Origin: Candidatus Latescibacterota bacterium
Lineage (GTDB): Bacteria > Latescibacterota > UBA2968 > GCA-2709665
Length of the DNA: 64,000 bases
Reading direction: 5' to 3'
Assembly: GCA_965237675.1 (NCBI GenBank)
Contig: OZ250150.1
Location: forward strand, 864,001 to 928,000
The notes below the pieces were generated by a model, which did no database searches, had not been told where the DNA came from, and saw only the letters and a program-made list of their open reading frames with translations. The translations under genes and the position numbers were made by a program. This document shows, one piece after another, positions 19,125 through 29,275 of this stretch; positions within the stretch are counted from its first letter, which is position 1, and the number at the start of each line of letters is the position of its first letter.

Positions 19125-19323
19125 GTCTGTCTCCCGGTTGTCTTTGTGATGAGTTTTCTGTTTCTGGAAAAGTACGTGATGCAGTCCATTTTGTCAATCG
19201 TAAATATATAAATAAACGTCAGCGCGGCGTAATGTCACTTTCGGTAATAATTCCCTTTACTAAGGTTTGTGCCTGGTTGCCCGGCACAGGGCTTAGAAGA
19301 TGTCTCAGGGTTGCTTTACTGCC

Positions 19324-19696
19324 TCAGCGAATTCTCTTAGGTAGTTGCACAGGCCCTTGCCCTGGTTCAACCACTTTTTCTTTCTCAAGACATTCTGACT
19401 CATTTACCTTGCGCCATTCTTTAATGAACATACTTGTGTATTTATCGACCATGCGTAGGATAAATTTATTTCTTCGCCCATGCACACCAACAACGCCTAT
19501 TCGCCAAGTGACGGCATATTCCTTCATCCCGGAGTAGTTATCCAACACAATTTTCCGTAATTCAATTCCAATGCTGAAAGCGGTTTTGGATGTATTGACC
19601 TGGACGTATAGGATAGGGTGTATGTCCTCTGTTTCACTAACCACAAATTTTCTGGGCACATAGTCTGAATAATTCACAAAAAAGGTAGTTTCCATA
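19324..19696 (-). pseudogene. Hypothetical gene probably 5'-truncated by IS1380
   Basis: AT-rich ORF whose 5' end coincides with the IS1380 left end. Confidence 0.5.
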
Positions 19697-21361
19697 CCCA
19701 AGTCATTGTATTATATTATGGTTAGACGAATAACCTTAACACAATGAATCGGGAGGAAACTACCGTGGAGATTCAAGATAAACATCACAGGGTGTCTTTC
19801 GCAAGTCTTTTGGGCAAACAGGTAGAAGCCGCGTTCGATGGGGGTATCCTGACCAGCGACAGCGGGGTGATGCTGATACGGGAGGTGGAGGCCAAGATCG
19901 GCATTTTGCGGCGGATCATTGAGGCCTTAACGGATCCTCGGCATCCCAGTTATGTGGATCACTCATTGGCGGACCTGGTCAGTCAGCGTGTTTTTCAGAT
20001 GGCGTGTGGGTATGAGGATGCGAACGATTGCAATGCGTTGCGCACGGACCCGGGCTTCAAGGCGGCCTGTGATCGGTTGCCGTCCACCGGTGCGGCGCTG
20101 GCCAGTCAACCCACGATGAGTCGGTTCGAGAACCGGATCAACAGAGGCGACCTATATCGGATCGCGAAGGCCTTTGCCGACGGGTTTATCGCCTCGTATA
20201 AGAAACCGCCCAAAGCCATCCTGCTGGATATCGACGATACGGAAGATAAGGTGTATGGTTCTGGGCAGTTGTCGTTATTCAATGCGTATTTTAAGAGTCA
20301 TTGCTACCAGCCGTTGCATATCTATGAAGGGCAAACCGGCAAGTTGATCACGACGGTTTTGCGTCCTGGCGCGCGGCCTTCGGGCAAACAGATCGTTTCG
20401 ATTCTCAAACGGGTGATCGCCTACCTGCGTCGCGCCTGGCCCCATGTGGCGATCCTGTTGCGTGGCGATTCTCATTTTTCGTGTCCGGAAGTACACGCGT
20501 TGTGTGACACACAGAATGTGTATTTTGCCCTTGGACAAAGCGGCAATGCCAAGTTGCTGCCCAGGGCACAGCCCTTGATGGACCAGGCCAAAGCGCTGTA
20601 TGCCGCTTCCGGCAAAACCGTACGCCTATATAACGCGTGGAACTATCAGGCCAGCACCTGGGCTTCGCCACGCCGCATCATCTGTAAGGCGGAAGTGACA
20701 CCGCAAGGACACAATATCCGTTTCGTGGCCACCAACCTGAAACGCGCCAAACCTTCATTCATCTACAAAACCGTCTATTGTGGACGCGGCAGGATGGAAG
20801 GCTTCATCAAGAATCACAAGACCTTTCTCCATTCTGATCGTACCTCTTGTCACACCTTCGAGGCCAATCACTTCCGGCTCTTTCTCCACAGCGCCGCCTA
20901 TGTCCTGTTGCAGACCTTGGCTGAAATTGGATTGCGCGGCACCACGTGGACGAACGCCCAGGTTAATACGTTGCAAAATCGCCTCTTGAAGGTCGCCGGA
21001 CGCGTTTGTGAGATGAAAACCAAAATCACGTTCCATCTGCCAACGGCGTTTCCACTCAAACACCTCTATGGCAAGATCCTTTACAATCTGGCATCGTCCG
21101 TTCCATAACGCATCGTCCGGTTGCATCCGCCGTCACGTCTTGCTCGACACCACCAAAACCCAGGCACACGTCTGTGCTTTTGACCGGGGCATCAAGGTCA
21201 ACCTGACTCCACCGCCCTACCGTGTTACCAGCAGGTGCCACTGAAGCGGCTCGAAAACACCAAATCCGTCACAGCCGGCTTTTCTTCCGTTTCTCAATTC
21301 ACTCGGTAGCTGGTTCTGCTTCCTGAAACTGCAATCCGTGACGATTCATGAATTAATCGGG
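19697..21361 (+). mobile_element. IS1380-family insertion sequence
   Basis: Transposase plus imperfect ends CCCAAGTCATT / reverse-complement CCCGATTAATT. No TSD found, so boundaries are approximate. Confidence 0.7.
19744..21108 (+). CDS. IS1380-family transposase
   Basis: FDGGILTSDSG, GYEDANDC, LASQPTMSRFEN, LDIDDT, LRGDSHF, YCGRGRMEGFIK, FEANHFRL. Confidence 0.95.
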   Translation: MNREETTVEIQDKHHRVSFASLLGKQVEAAFDGGILTSDSGVMLIREVEAKIGILRRIIEALTDPRHPSYVDHSLADLVSQRVFQMACGYEDANDCNALRTDPGFKAACDRLPSTGAALASQPTMSRFENRINRGDLYRIAKAFADGFIASYKKPPKAILLDIDDTEDKVYGSGQLSLFNAYFKSHCYQPLHIYEGQTGKLITTVLRPGARPSGKQIVSILKRVIAYLRRAWPHVAILLRGDSHFSCPEVHALCDTQNVYFALGQSGNAKLLPRAQPLMDQAKALYAASGKTVRLYNAWNYQASTWASPRRIICKAEVTPQGHNIRFVATNLKRAKPSFIYKTVYCGRGRMEGFIKNHKTFLHSDRTSCHTFEANHFRLFLHSAAYVLLQTLAEIGLRGTTWTNAQVNTLQNRLLKVAGRVCEMKTKITFHLPTAFPLKHLYGKILYNLASSVP

Positions 21362-21918
21362 CAAGATACGTTCCCGGATACATTTGTGCCAATGTTTATC
21401 AGAATCCGAATGTGGGACACCTGGCGAAAAATCAGCCCATAGACCGTGTTGAATGGTCGTTGTCGACCACAGCGTCCCGGCGGCAATCGCCTTCGTGCCC
21501 GAAAAATAGGTACCCGGGGCGGGATCGATGGGGGTTTGGAATGGAGTGAGGGAGGGGTTCTTCAACAGGTCGAGATTTATCCATGGCGCGGATCCGCATC
21601 CCAGAGCGTGGCCCATCTCGCGCAGAAAGACGGCATCAATCAAGCTGCCCGAGTACACGCTCAGGTAGCCCGGGTCAGATTCGATTATGCATGCATACGT
21701 CAGCGAGAAAGGGTCCTGGCTTCGTATGTGCATCGTACCTGTGATGCCGCTGAACTAGTTGCGCTGCCGGCTGAACCGGGATCCACAAGGATCTCAGTAC
21801 CGATCACATGAAAGGAAGCGGCGGCCGTATTTCCGGACAACGCCGTATACGTCAGCAGGTCCCTTTCTGGCTGCTGAACACGCCGCCTGCGGACACGTTC
21901 TCGACGGCACCGTCCCAC
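21362..21918 (-). pseudogene. Decayed Ig-like plus zincin (leishmanolysin/M8-like) peptidase fragments
   Basis: Fragments in different frames: LTYTALSGNTAAAS (Ig-like); FLREMGHALG (HExxH with H to R) and TYFSGTKAIAA. Confidence 0.6.
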
Positions 21919-21935
21919 CGTCCTCGAACACCTGA

Positions 21936-24900
21936 CTAAAGCTCGTTCACGACAATTTCATTGTCCGTGCCGCCAATAACCTCGTACTTCATCGGCGCAT
22001 TCAATGCTCCACTTGCGTTCAGGGTGATCTTCCCCTGCCCCGAGGTTTGCACGCGGATTCCGATCCTGGCGGCCGTGATACTCCCGGTGTGGGTAATCGT
22101 GATATCCCCGCCCTGGCTCACCACGTCGATACCTATGCTGGGAGCTTCGGTGACGCCCTCAGGGGCGCCGATGTCGCCGCTGTTCCAGACCACGACGTCG
22201 CCTATACGGTAGACGTTCTTACAAACGATGTCCGGGTCCACCGGATCGCCTGCCGCCGTCTCACATCCCGGTCCAGGAACATCCCCACCCATCCCAGCAA
22301 TTGATATTCCCGCCGAGTACGAAGATTCCGCATTCGTCGAGTACTTGTTCGTCGCCAAGATATTCCCGGTGTTGAATACCTTGATCTCGCCGCCGCGGTA
22401 ATGCTCGGCGCGAATACCGTGGGCCGCCTCGCCGTCCGTGCTGATCGTACCGGTATTTTCCACATGAACGCCATCGTGCTCCGATGTGTCCGGGTAGTCT
22501 GGAATGTCGGGGTACGAAGTGTCATCGAGATCTCTGTCGTTATCGTATCCGTAAGCATATATGCCGTGGCTCCATTTTCCCTCCGTATCGATCGTCCCCT
22601 GGTTGATCGCGAAGACCCGGCCGGACATCGAACTCCTGGCGATGATTCCATATCCGTGGCGGTGTCTCCGTGTGTCGTCCGTGCGTGTCGTCGCCCTCGT
22701 GGTGATGGAGGCGTCACTGTAGTTCCTCGCGTAGACATCGCCCGGCACGTTGCTGGTCCGGTCGGGGACGATCTCATCCAGGTTCCCGTGGCAACCGTTG
22801 TTCTCGAACGGCCACGGCGCGCAGTTCCCCGTGTGCAGGCCTATCGCGTACAGACCGTTGATTTCGATTGAGCCGAAGTTGAGACCCTGTGACGCTCCCC
22901 AGAGACTCTGAGCCGAGATCCCGCGCGCGCCCTCTCCTTCAATCCGGATCTGGCCTTCCGCATAGTTGACCAGTCGTGTGAGATGTCCGCTTCCAGTCTC
23001 GCACTTAAGACCGTCAACTCGCTTGTTGTAGGGACCGGTAGCAATGAGTTGGCCGCCGGGCATGTTGAACAACTCGACCTTGTGGCTGTAGTTCGAGAAG
23101 TCATGGGGCTCCGCCGCCTTGTTGAGGCCCCCGACCACAAGACGATGGTTGGATTGAGCCAAGTCCGGCGCGGTGGTGAGGCCGTTCAGTGTGATTTCTC
23201 CGTCGTTCACGAGGAGTATGTTGGCGGGGGAGGCCTTCATCACCGCGCGGATGCCGATGCCCGCGCTATCGAGAGTTACGGAGCCTTGGTTCAGGATCCA
23301 AAGGTTCCCGGTGTTGCCTTCCGTTGTGATGTTGGCCGCGACGCTTCCTCTTGCAGTTACCTCGGCGCTGTCGCCGATCGTGATCGCGTGGTACTCGGAA
23401 CCCGCGTTCTTGTTGGTGATGTTGATCCCTGCAGTACCGGTTGCCGGCTCGAGCGTTCCGTCGTCGTATTCGACGTGGGTGCGGTTATGATCGCCGGGAT
23501 CGAGCGTACTGGTGTGGTCGCCACTATAGGCGTGAGTCACCGGTTGACCGAAGCGATGGTCCTCATCCGGAGCCGCCGTGAAGACCGGAGTCGAGGAAGG
23601 AACAATCGACGCGGGGAGGATCGTGCCGTAGACCTGATCGGACCATGGGCCCTTCCCTTCGTCGTTCTCCGCCTGCACCTGAATCCGGCAGATCCTGCCC
23701 GAGCTCAAGCCGGTGATCGTGCGAGACCGGGTGGGACCGGTCTCGTGCCAATTGCTGAAGGCGCCGCTGGCGCCTTCCCTGTACTGCACGTAATAGTTCG
23801 TGATGTCGGGACCTTGGTTTTCTGGCGCATCCCAGCTCACGGTCAGGCTGCTCTCCGTCTCGCCGCTCACCGTGGGCGGGTCGGGCTTGCCCGGCGGTTC
23901 GACGTCATCCTTCACGAGGACGACGACCGTCTTGGTGCCCGGCATTTCGCGGGTGCCGCTGCCGCCGGTCGCCTCCACCACCACGCTGTAGTCGTTGTTG
24001 CTCCCTGCATCCGCGGGAGTCTCAAAGTCGGGATCCTCCTTAAAACGCAGCTGGTTCGTGCTCGCGATCTCGAACAGGTCCCCGTCTGCGGCGCCGGTGA
24101 CAGCGTATCCGGTAATGGCATCACCGGCATCGACGTCCTGGGCCACCATTAGTCCGGCGAACCGGGTGTTCTCGGTGACCTTGAAGGTGTCTTCAATGGT
24201 GAAAACCGGCGGCTCGTTCTCGTCCGTGACATTGACGGTAACGGTCTGCGCGGCGGTTAGTGCGCGACCGCCGGAACCGCCGGTGGCGGTGACCTCCACG
24301 ACGTAGCTGTTGTTGCTTCCCGCGTCCACGGGACGCTCGAAGTCGGGGTCATCCCTGAACGTCAGCGCGCCGGTGTTGCTGATTTCGAGCCTGCTGCGGT
24401 CGCTGCCGCCGGTCAGGGTGTAGTCTGTGATGGCATCGCCCTGGTCCAGGTCGTCGGCACTGACCCTGCCGGCGAAGGACTGGTTCTCCGTCGCCTCGAG
24501 CGTCGGCTCGCCGGTGAACACGGGCGCCTCGTTCAGATCGGTCAGATCGATGGACACGGGGATGCTGCCCTCGCCGCCGTGGCCGTCGGTGGCTTTGACA
24601 TTGACCGAATAGCGCGACAAGGCCTCAAAGTCGTAGGTCCTGCCTGATCTGGTTTTAAGCTGACCGCTACGCGTGTCTATCGAGAAGGAGTCCGCGTGCG
24701 TGCCTTCAAGGGCGTACGTCAGCGGGGTCATCTCGGGGTCCGTGGCGCCCACCGGATCGCCTATGTCCTTCACGCCCGTGGTGTTCTCCGCCACGGTGCG
24801 TGTCGCGCCGAGCCCGTCAGTGAATGTTGGCAACTGATTGGGATCGGTGCTTCCCGTGCCCGATTCCGACCAGTCGCTCGTGCCTTCTGGCGAGCGCGCC

Positions 24901-27900
24901 AGCACCTGCACCTGGTAGCTCGTACCCGGGGTGCGGCCCGTGATGGTTGCGGTGCGCTCCGCGCTGTTGTGCGTCCAGCCGCTGAAGCCGCCGCTGTCCC
25001 CTTCCCGGTACTGCACGTCGTAGTCGTTGATGTCGGGGCCGGTGTTTGCCGGCTCGTCCCACGTGACCTCCAGGCTGGTGGACGACGCCGCCGAGACGGA
25101 GGGCGCGTCGGGGGTGCCGGGCCTTTCCTGCTGGTCCGTCAGGTTGATCCTGACCGCAATCGTGTTGCTGCCGCCCTGCCCGTCTTCGACGCGTACGATG
25201 ACGTCATAGCGGGGCTTTGCCTCAAAGTCATAGGTGACTCCCGGTTGGGTCTCAAGCTGCGCGCCGTCCAGCGCGAACGCGGCCTGGTCCGTACCTTCCA
25301 GGTCGTAGGTGAGGGTTCCCCCGTCGATATCCCTCGCGGTTAAGGGGTTGCCGATATCATTTGTGCCCGTGGTATTCTCGGCCACCTCGCGCGTGGTGCT
25401 CGTGCCCTCGTTGAACGTCGGCGCCCGGTTGGCCACGGTCCTGGCATCGGCGGACTCGGACCAGTCGCTCTCCCCTTCGGGAGAGCGTGCCAGCACCTGC
25501 ACCCGGTAGGGCGTGTCGGCCGTCAGGGAGGTGATGGTCGTGGTCGTCCCCGGCCCCGTGTGCGGCCAGTCGGTGAAGGCGCCGCCGTCCTCGCTGAACT
25601 GCACGTCGTAGTCGTTGATAGCAGGACCGGTGTTGGCAGGGGCCGTCCAGCGTATGGACAGGCTGTTCAGCGTCTGCGCCGTGACCGTGGGCTTGTCAGG
25701 CGCCTCCGGCGCTTCGCTGTCGTCGTCGGTCACGTCTATGGTCACGGCAATGGTCGCCCGCCCGCCCTGCTCGTCCTGCGCTTCCACCGTCACGGAGTAG
25801 CGGTCCTTCGTCTCGAAGTCGTAGGTGGCGTCCGCCGATGTTCGCAGTTGACCCGTATTCTCATCGACGTCAAAACTCTCCATGTCGCCGCGGGTGAGGC
25901 TGTACGTCACCGCGGTGTTCTCCGGGTCGTCCGCCCGCAGCGGGACGCCCAGGTTCTGCACACCGGTCGTATTCTCCGTCACCTCACGCGTCGTGCTCCG
26001 TCCCTCGTCGAACACCGGCGAAAGGTTGGAACTGGTCGTCCCGAAGCCTGATCCAGACCACCCGCCCTCGCCTTCGTCGTTGTGTGCGCGCACCTGCACC
26101 TCGTAGCGGGTGTTGACGTCGAGTTCGATGATCGTCGCACTCGTGCCCGGCCCATCGTGGGTATGGGGGAGGAAGTTGCCGCTCTTCCGGTATTGCACGT
26201 CGTAGTCGGTGATATCCGGACCCGTGTTGTCCGGCGCGTCCCACGTGACCGTCAGGCTGGTCGTCGACGCCGGCTGCACCTGCGGCGCTGCGGGAATCTC
26301 CGGCGGCTCGTCCACGTCGGCCACGTGGATGGTCACGCCGATCGTGGCCGATTCGCCGTAGGGGTCGCTGGCGTCCAGTTCAACGGAATACCTGTCGTTA
26401 TCCTCGAAGTCGTACGTGATGCCCGACAACGTGCGCAGTTGGCCACTCCCGGTGGCCACCGAAAAGCTGGCGGAGTCCGGCCCCGAGAGTCGGTACGTCA
26501 CCCGGTGTCCGTCCGGATCCGTGGCGTTGACCGGATGCTGAATGGGACGGTGCGCGGGCGTGTTCTCCGCCAGGGTGCGCGACGTGCTGTGCCCGTCGTC
26601 GAAGGTCGGCGGCCGGTTGTTCTGTGGCGGCGGAGGCGGTGGCAATGCTGTCGTTACGTCGACGGCAAAGGTCGTCTGTGCGCTTTTGCCCTGTACATCG
26701 CTGGCAGTGGCGGTGATGGTCGCGCGCCCCGCGGCCACGCCGCGCACCGTCGCCATCGTATCCGCCACGGTGACCGTGGCAACCCCCTCGTCGGACGACG
26801 TCGCGTCATACGTCAACGCCCCAAGTGCCGGCCGCGTGAACAGGCTGGCCAGGTTCACGGGAAGGTCGCGGTCGACGACCACCGTCAGGTCGCCGATCAC
26901 GCCCAGGGGCCGCGGACCCACCGTGGGCGCGCCGGCAACGGTCTCCGACCAGGGGCTCGCGCCCTCCTCGTTCACCGTGCGCACGCGCACCTGATACGCC
27001 CGCTCGTTGTCCAGACCCGCAATCGTCACGCTGGTGTCCGTGCGGCCTACCACAAGCAGCCCCTCCCGCCATTCTTGGGCTTCTGCCGGGTTGTGCCCCA
27101 CCTCGTACCCGCTCACGGGAGGCTTGCCAGCCTCGTCCATCGCCGCAAACCAAGTCACGGCGAGCGCCGTGTCGCGGGAGGCCACCCGAACGCTGTCAGG
27201 CGCCGCCGAAGGGGGCTCGTCCACGTCCGATACGGTGATGCCCACCACAACCGTGGCGCGGCCCCCCTGCCCGTCGCTGGCGCGTACCGTCACGGAATAG
27301 GTGTCCCTGGCCTCGTGGTCGTACGCAGTTCCCTCCCTTGTGAGAAGCTGACCCGTGCCCGGTTCAATCGCAAAGCTGTCCGAGTGCACGCCCCGCAGGC
27401 CGTAGGTCAGGGAATTGCCGTCGGCGTCCGTGGCCGTGACGGGGGCCCCGATGGGCTGTCCAGATGGCGTGTTTTCTTCCATGGTACGCGTCAACGGAGG
27501 TGTGGCGTCGAAAGCGGGAGCGCGATTGGGATTTTTGCCGAAGTTGCTGGCGAAGACCAGAAAATCGTCGAAGCCGATGCCGCCGTCCTGGGTCAGATCG
27601 TACGCCGCCACGTACTTCCCGTCTCCGCGCTGCGACCCGAAGACGCCGGCGAACGCCACAAAGTCGGAGAAGCCCACCACGCCGTCGCCGTCGAAGTCCG
27701 GAGAAGGCGGCGCGGCAACCTGCAGCGCCACGCCGGCCGCTGGCGAGATCGTCTCGGTCTGCCCGCCCCGCGTAAGCTCGGCGTGCTCCAGCCACACCTC
27801 CGTGTCCGAAAACGATGGCGTGGTGCGCAATCGCAGCGTGCCCACAAGCCCGGTGTTCACCGATGCGGAGCCGCTCGACCACGACACACCGATACGGACC

Positions 27901-28235
27901 GACGTGGTATCCGGCTGTGTAACGGTGTGCGCGTTCGGCAGTGCCGCGCCCGGATCGAAGCCCTCGTATAGGACCTGGGATGCGTCGAAACGCAAGCGCG
28001 CGGAAATGCCGGTGGCATTCTGAATATCCTTGCCGAAGATCTGTATGGCGAAAAGCTGATCGGGAAGGAGGTCGAGCGAGGACACGGCCTGGTCGCCTGC
28101 GGCATCGTCCAGGTCCAGGGTGAGGGAAAACCCGACAGGTTGCGTCGACGGCGACCACGGATGCACAAGCAACAACAGGTAGAGCAGGCTGGAAAAACCA
28201 AGCGCAACGGAGGCTGATTTCAGTTGGGGTTTCAC
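21936..28235 (-). CDS. Giant secreted adhesin-like protein (EF-hand/dockerin-like, cadherin, fibronectin III and Ig-like repeats, C-terminal beta-helix-like region), 2,099 aa
   Basis: Signal peptide; DFDGDGVVGFSDFVAFAGVFG; repeated 'ENT...PV.ATD.D...YDFE' cadherin and 'W.AP.NTGPDI.DYDVQY...Y.VQV.A...G...WS' Fn3 units; 'N.G.I' repeats at the C-terminus. Confidence 0.9.
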   Translation of the reverse strand: MKPQLKSASVALGFSSLLYLLLLVHPWSPSTQPVGFSLTLDLDDAAGDQAVSSLDLLPDQLFAIQIFGKDIQNATGISARLRFDASQVLYEGFDPGAALPNAHTVTQPDTTSVRIGVSWSSGSASVNTGLVGTLRLRTTPSFSDTEVWLEHAELTRGGQTETISPAAGVALQVAAPPSPDFDGDGVVGFSDFVAFAGVFGSQRGDGKYVAAYDLTQDGGIGFDDFLVFASNFGKNPNRAPAFDATPPLTRTMEENTPSGQPIGAPVTATDADGNSLTYGLRGVHSDSFAIEPGTGQLLTREGTAYDHEARDTYSVTVRASDGQGGRATVVVGITVSDVDEPPSAAPDSVRVASRDTALAVTWFAAMDEAGKPPVSGYEVGHNPAEAQEWREGLLVVGRTDTSVTIAGLDNERAYQVRVRTVNEEGASPWSETVAGAPTVGPRPLGVIGDLTVVVDRDLPVNLASLFTRPALGALTYDATSSDEGVATVTVADTMATVRGVAAGRATITATASDVQGKSAQTTFAVDVTTALPPPPPPQNNRPPTFDDGHSTSRTLAENTPAHRPIQHPVNATDPDGHRVTYRLSGPDSASFSVATGSGQLRTLSGITYDFEDNDRYSVELDASDPYGESATIGVTIHVADVDEPPEIPAAPQVQPASTTSLTVTWDAPDNTGPDITDYDVQYRKSGNFLPHTHDGPGTSATIIELDVNTRYEVQVRAHNDEGEGGWSGSGFGTTSSNLSPVFDEGRSTTREVTENTTGVQNLGVPLRADDPENTAVTYSLTRGDMESFDVDENTGQLRTSADATYDFETKDRYSVTVEAQDEQGGRATIAVTIDVTDDDSEAPEAPDKPTVTAQTLNSLSIRWTAPANTGPAINDYDVQFSEDGGAFTDWPHTGPGTTTTITSLTADTPYRVQVLARSPEGESDWSESADARTVANRAPTFNEGTSTTREVAENTTGTNDIGNPLTARDIDGGTLTYDLEGTDQAAFALDGAQLETQPGVTYDFEAKPRYDVIVRVEDGQGGSNTIAVRINLTDQQERPGTPDAPSVSAASSTSLEVTWDEPANTGPDINDYDVQYREGDSGGFSGWTHNSAERTATITGRTPGTSYQVQVLARSPEGTSDWSESGTGSTDPNQLPTFTDGLGATRTVAENTTGVKDIGDPVGATDPEMTPLTYALEGTHADSFSIDTRSGQLKTRSGRTYDFEALSRYSVNVKATDGHGGEGSIPVSIDLTDLNEAPVFTGEPTLEATENQSFAGRVSADDLDQGDAITDYTLTGGSDRSRLEISNTGALTFRDDPDFERPVDAGSNNSYVVEVTATGGSGGRALTAAQTVTVNVTDENEPPVFTIEDTFKVTENTRFAGLMVAQDVDAGDAITGYAVTGAADGDLFEIASTNQLRFKEDPDFETPADAGSNNDYSVVVEATGGSGTREMPGTKTVVVLVKDDVEPPGKPDPPTVSGETESSLTVSWDAPENQGPDITNYYVQYREGASGAFSNWHETGPTRSRTITGLSSGRICRIQVQAENDEGKGPWSDQVYGTILPASIVPSSTPVFTAAPDEDHRFGQPVTHAYSGDHTSTLDPGDHNRTHVEYDDGTLEPATGTAGINITNKNAGSEYHAITIGDSAEVTARGSVAANITTEGNTGNLWILNQGSVTLDSAGIGIRAVMKASPANILLVNDGEITLNGLTTAPDLAQSNHRLVVGGLNKAAEPHDFSNYSHKVELFNMPGGQLIATGPYNKRVDGLKCETGSGHLTRLVNYAEGQIRIEGEGARGISAQSLWGASQGLNFGSIEINGLYAIGLHTGNCAPWPFENNGCHGNLDEIVPDRTSNVPGDVYARNYSDASITTRATTRTDDTRRHRHGYGIIARSSMSGRVFAINQGTIDTEGKWSHGIYAYGYDNDRDLDDTSYPDIPDYPDTSEHDGVHVENTGTISTDGEAAHGIRAEHYRGGEIKVFNTGNILATNKYSTNAESSYSAGISIAGMGGDVPGPGCETAAGDPVDPDIVCKNVYRIGDVVVWNSGDIGAPEGVTEAPSIGIDVVSQGGDITITHTGSITAARIGIRVQTSGQGKITLNASGALNAPMKYEVIGGTDNEIVVNEL

Positions 28236-28450
28236 GGTGCCATTTCGCGTTGGAATTCAGATAGGCTGCAGCTGCAAAACGCTACAGCTGTAGAATTTTC
28301 CAATATAATACAATGGGGCGTGAAATATCCGAAAAAAAATCGATTGGTAGAGGGTACCCCGGGTGGCATTTACCCGGATCGGTGGGATGCGGCGCGGCAG
28401 AGCCTGACGCCGTTGCCGGGTTGACGGATGATTGCGGCGGCGGCGAAACA

Positions 28451-28568
28451 TGTCACCCTGAGGAGGCTGAGAGGCTGGCGAAGTGTCCGCGCGAATTCGT
28501 CATTGATAGCTTCGATCACGCGGACATCCGAAGCGGCGGGAGATTCTTCGAATTCGCTTAGAATGACA
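28451..28568. repeat. REP-like palindromic element (TGTCA...TGACA ends)
   Basis: TGTCACCCTGAG...GAGATTCTTCGAATTCGCTTAGAATGACA with inverted ends; a related degenerate unit at about 28619-28748. Confidence 0.5.
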
Positions 28569-29275
28569 TGTTATCCAATGACAATCACGGTAATGTATCC
28601 GCCACTCGTTGCCCCGGCTGTCATGCTGCGGAAGCGTCCGTGCGATTTTTTTACCGAGGGTTTCATTCATATCGTAGTGTTACAGTTTTCGTTACGGTTA
28701 AGCATAGCGAAGTCTCGGCAGACGAGGTATTGAATTTTCGGAATGACGTCGAAAATCCAAGAGTGTGTTTTAGATATTCATGTATAATCGAATATCAAAT
28801 TTAGATTTGATCGGCGATCAAACCTGTTTTTTTCGAGTCCCCGCCATACCCCGGACCGTATCCTGATCCTGCCCTGGCGGGATTTCCTGGAACGGCTCTG
28901 GAGCGGCGCGATCGTCCCGGCGGCATAGTCTAACCTTGATTCGTAAGTTTTCGTGGACGTTAATTCGAATATGTGCTAGTTAATAAAGGCGATTAGACGG
29001 CGGATTACCAGGATACACCAAGTCACTGGACGTGAACGGAAAAATGTCCTTCCGGACGACCTCAATACCCCGTTTTGCACCGGTACCTTCTGTGCCTTTT
29101 GTGCTTTTTGTGGCCAATTTGACTGTTGTCTTTTTTCGAATTGAGGCTAAGTTCCGCGCGATCCCGCGTTTGCACTTTTTCCCGTTACCCCTCTCCATGT
29201 TTTCCCACCGCCGCTTTTTCGTTTTCCGATCACCCGGTCCCGCGTCTCTCGCCTCCCCTGCCGGTTGGGTGTATA

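Larger units (their letters stand above)
14067..19255 (+). mobile_element. IS1595-family transposon carrying passenger genes (5,189 bp)
   Basis: Left TIR GGGAATTATAACCCAAAGTGACAT (14067-14090) matches the reverse complement of 19232-19255 at 22/24. Identical 8-bp TTTACTAA on both flanks (14059-14066, 19256-19263). Internal IS1595 transposase. Confidence 0.93.

Noticed and set aside
14067-19255. CRISPR-Cas locus or CRISPR-associated transposon suggested by the Cas2-like gene
   Set aside because: No repeat-spacer array, cas1, effector or Tn7-like genes are visible anywhere in the window.
26082-27971. 629-aa plus-strand ORF and other long antisense ORFs (e.g. 8523-9824, 39371-40804, 35530-36585)
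   Set aside because: Shadow frames opposite well-supported genes in GC-rich DNA; Arg/Gly/His-rich with no motifs.
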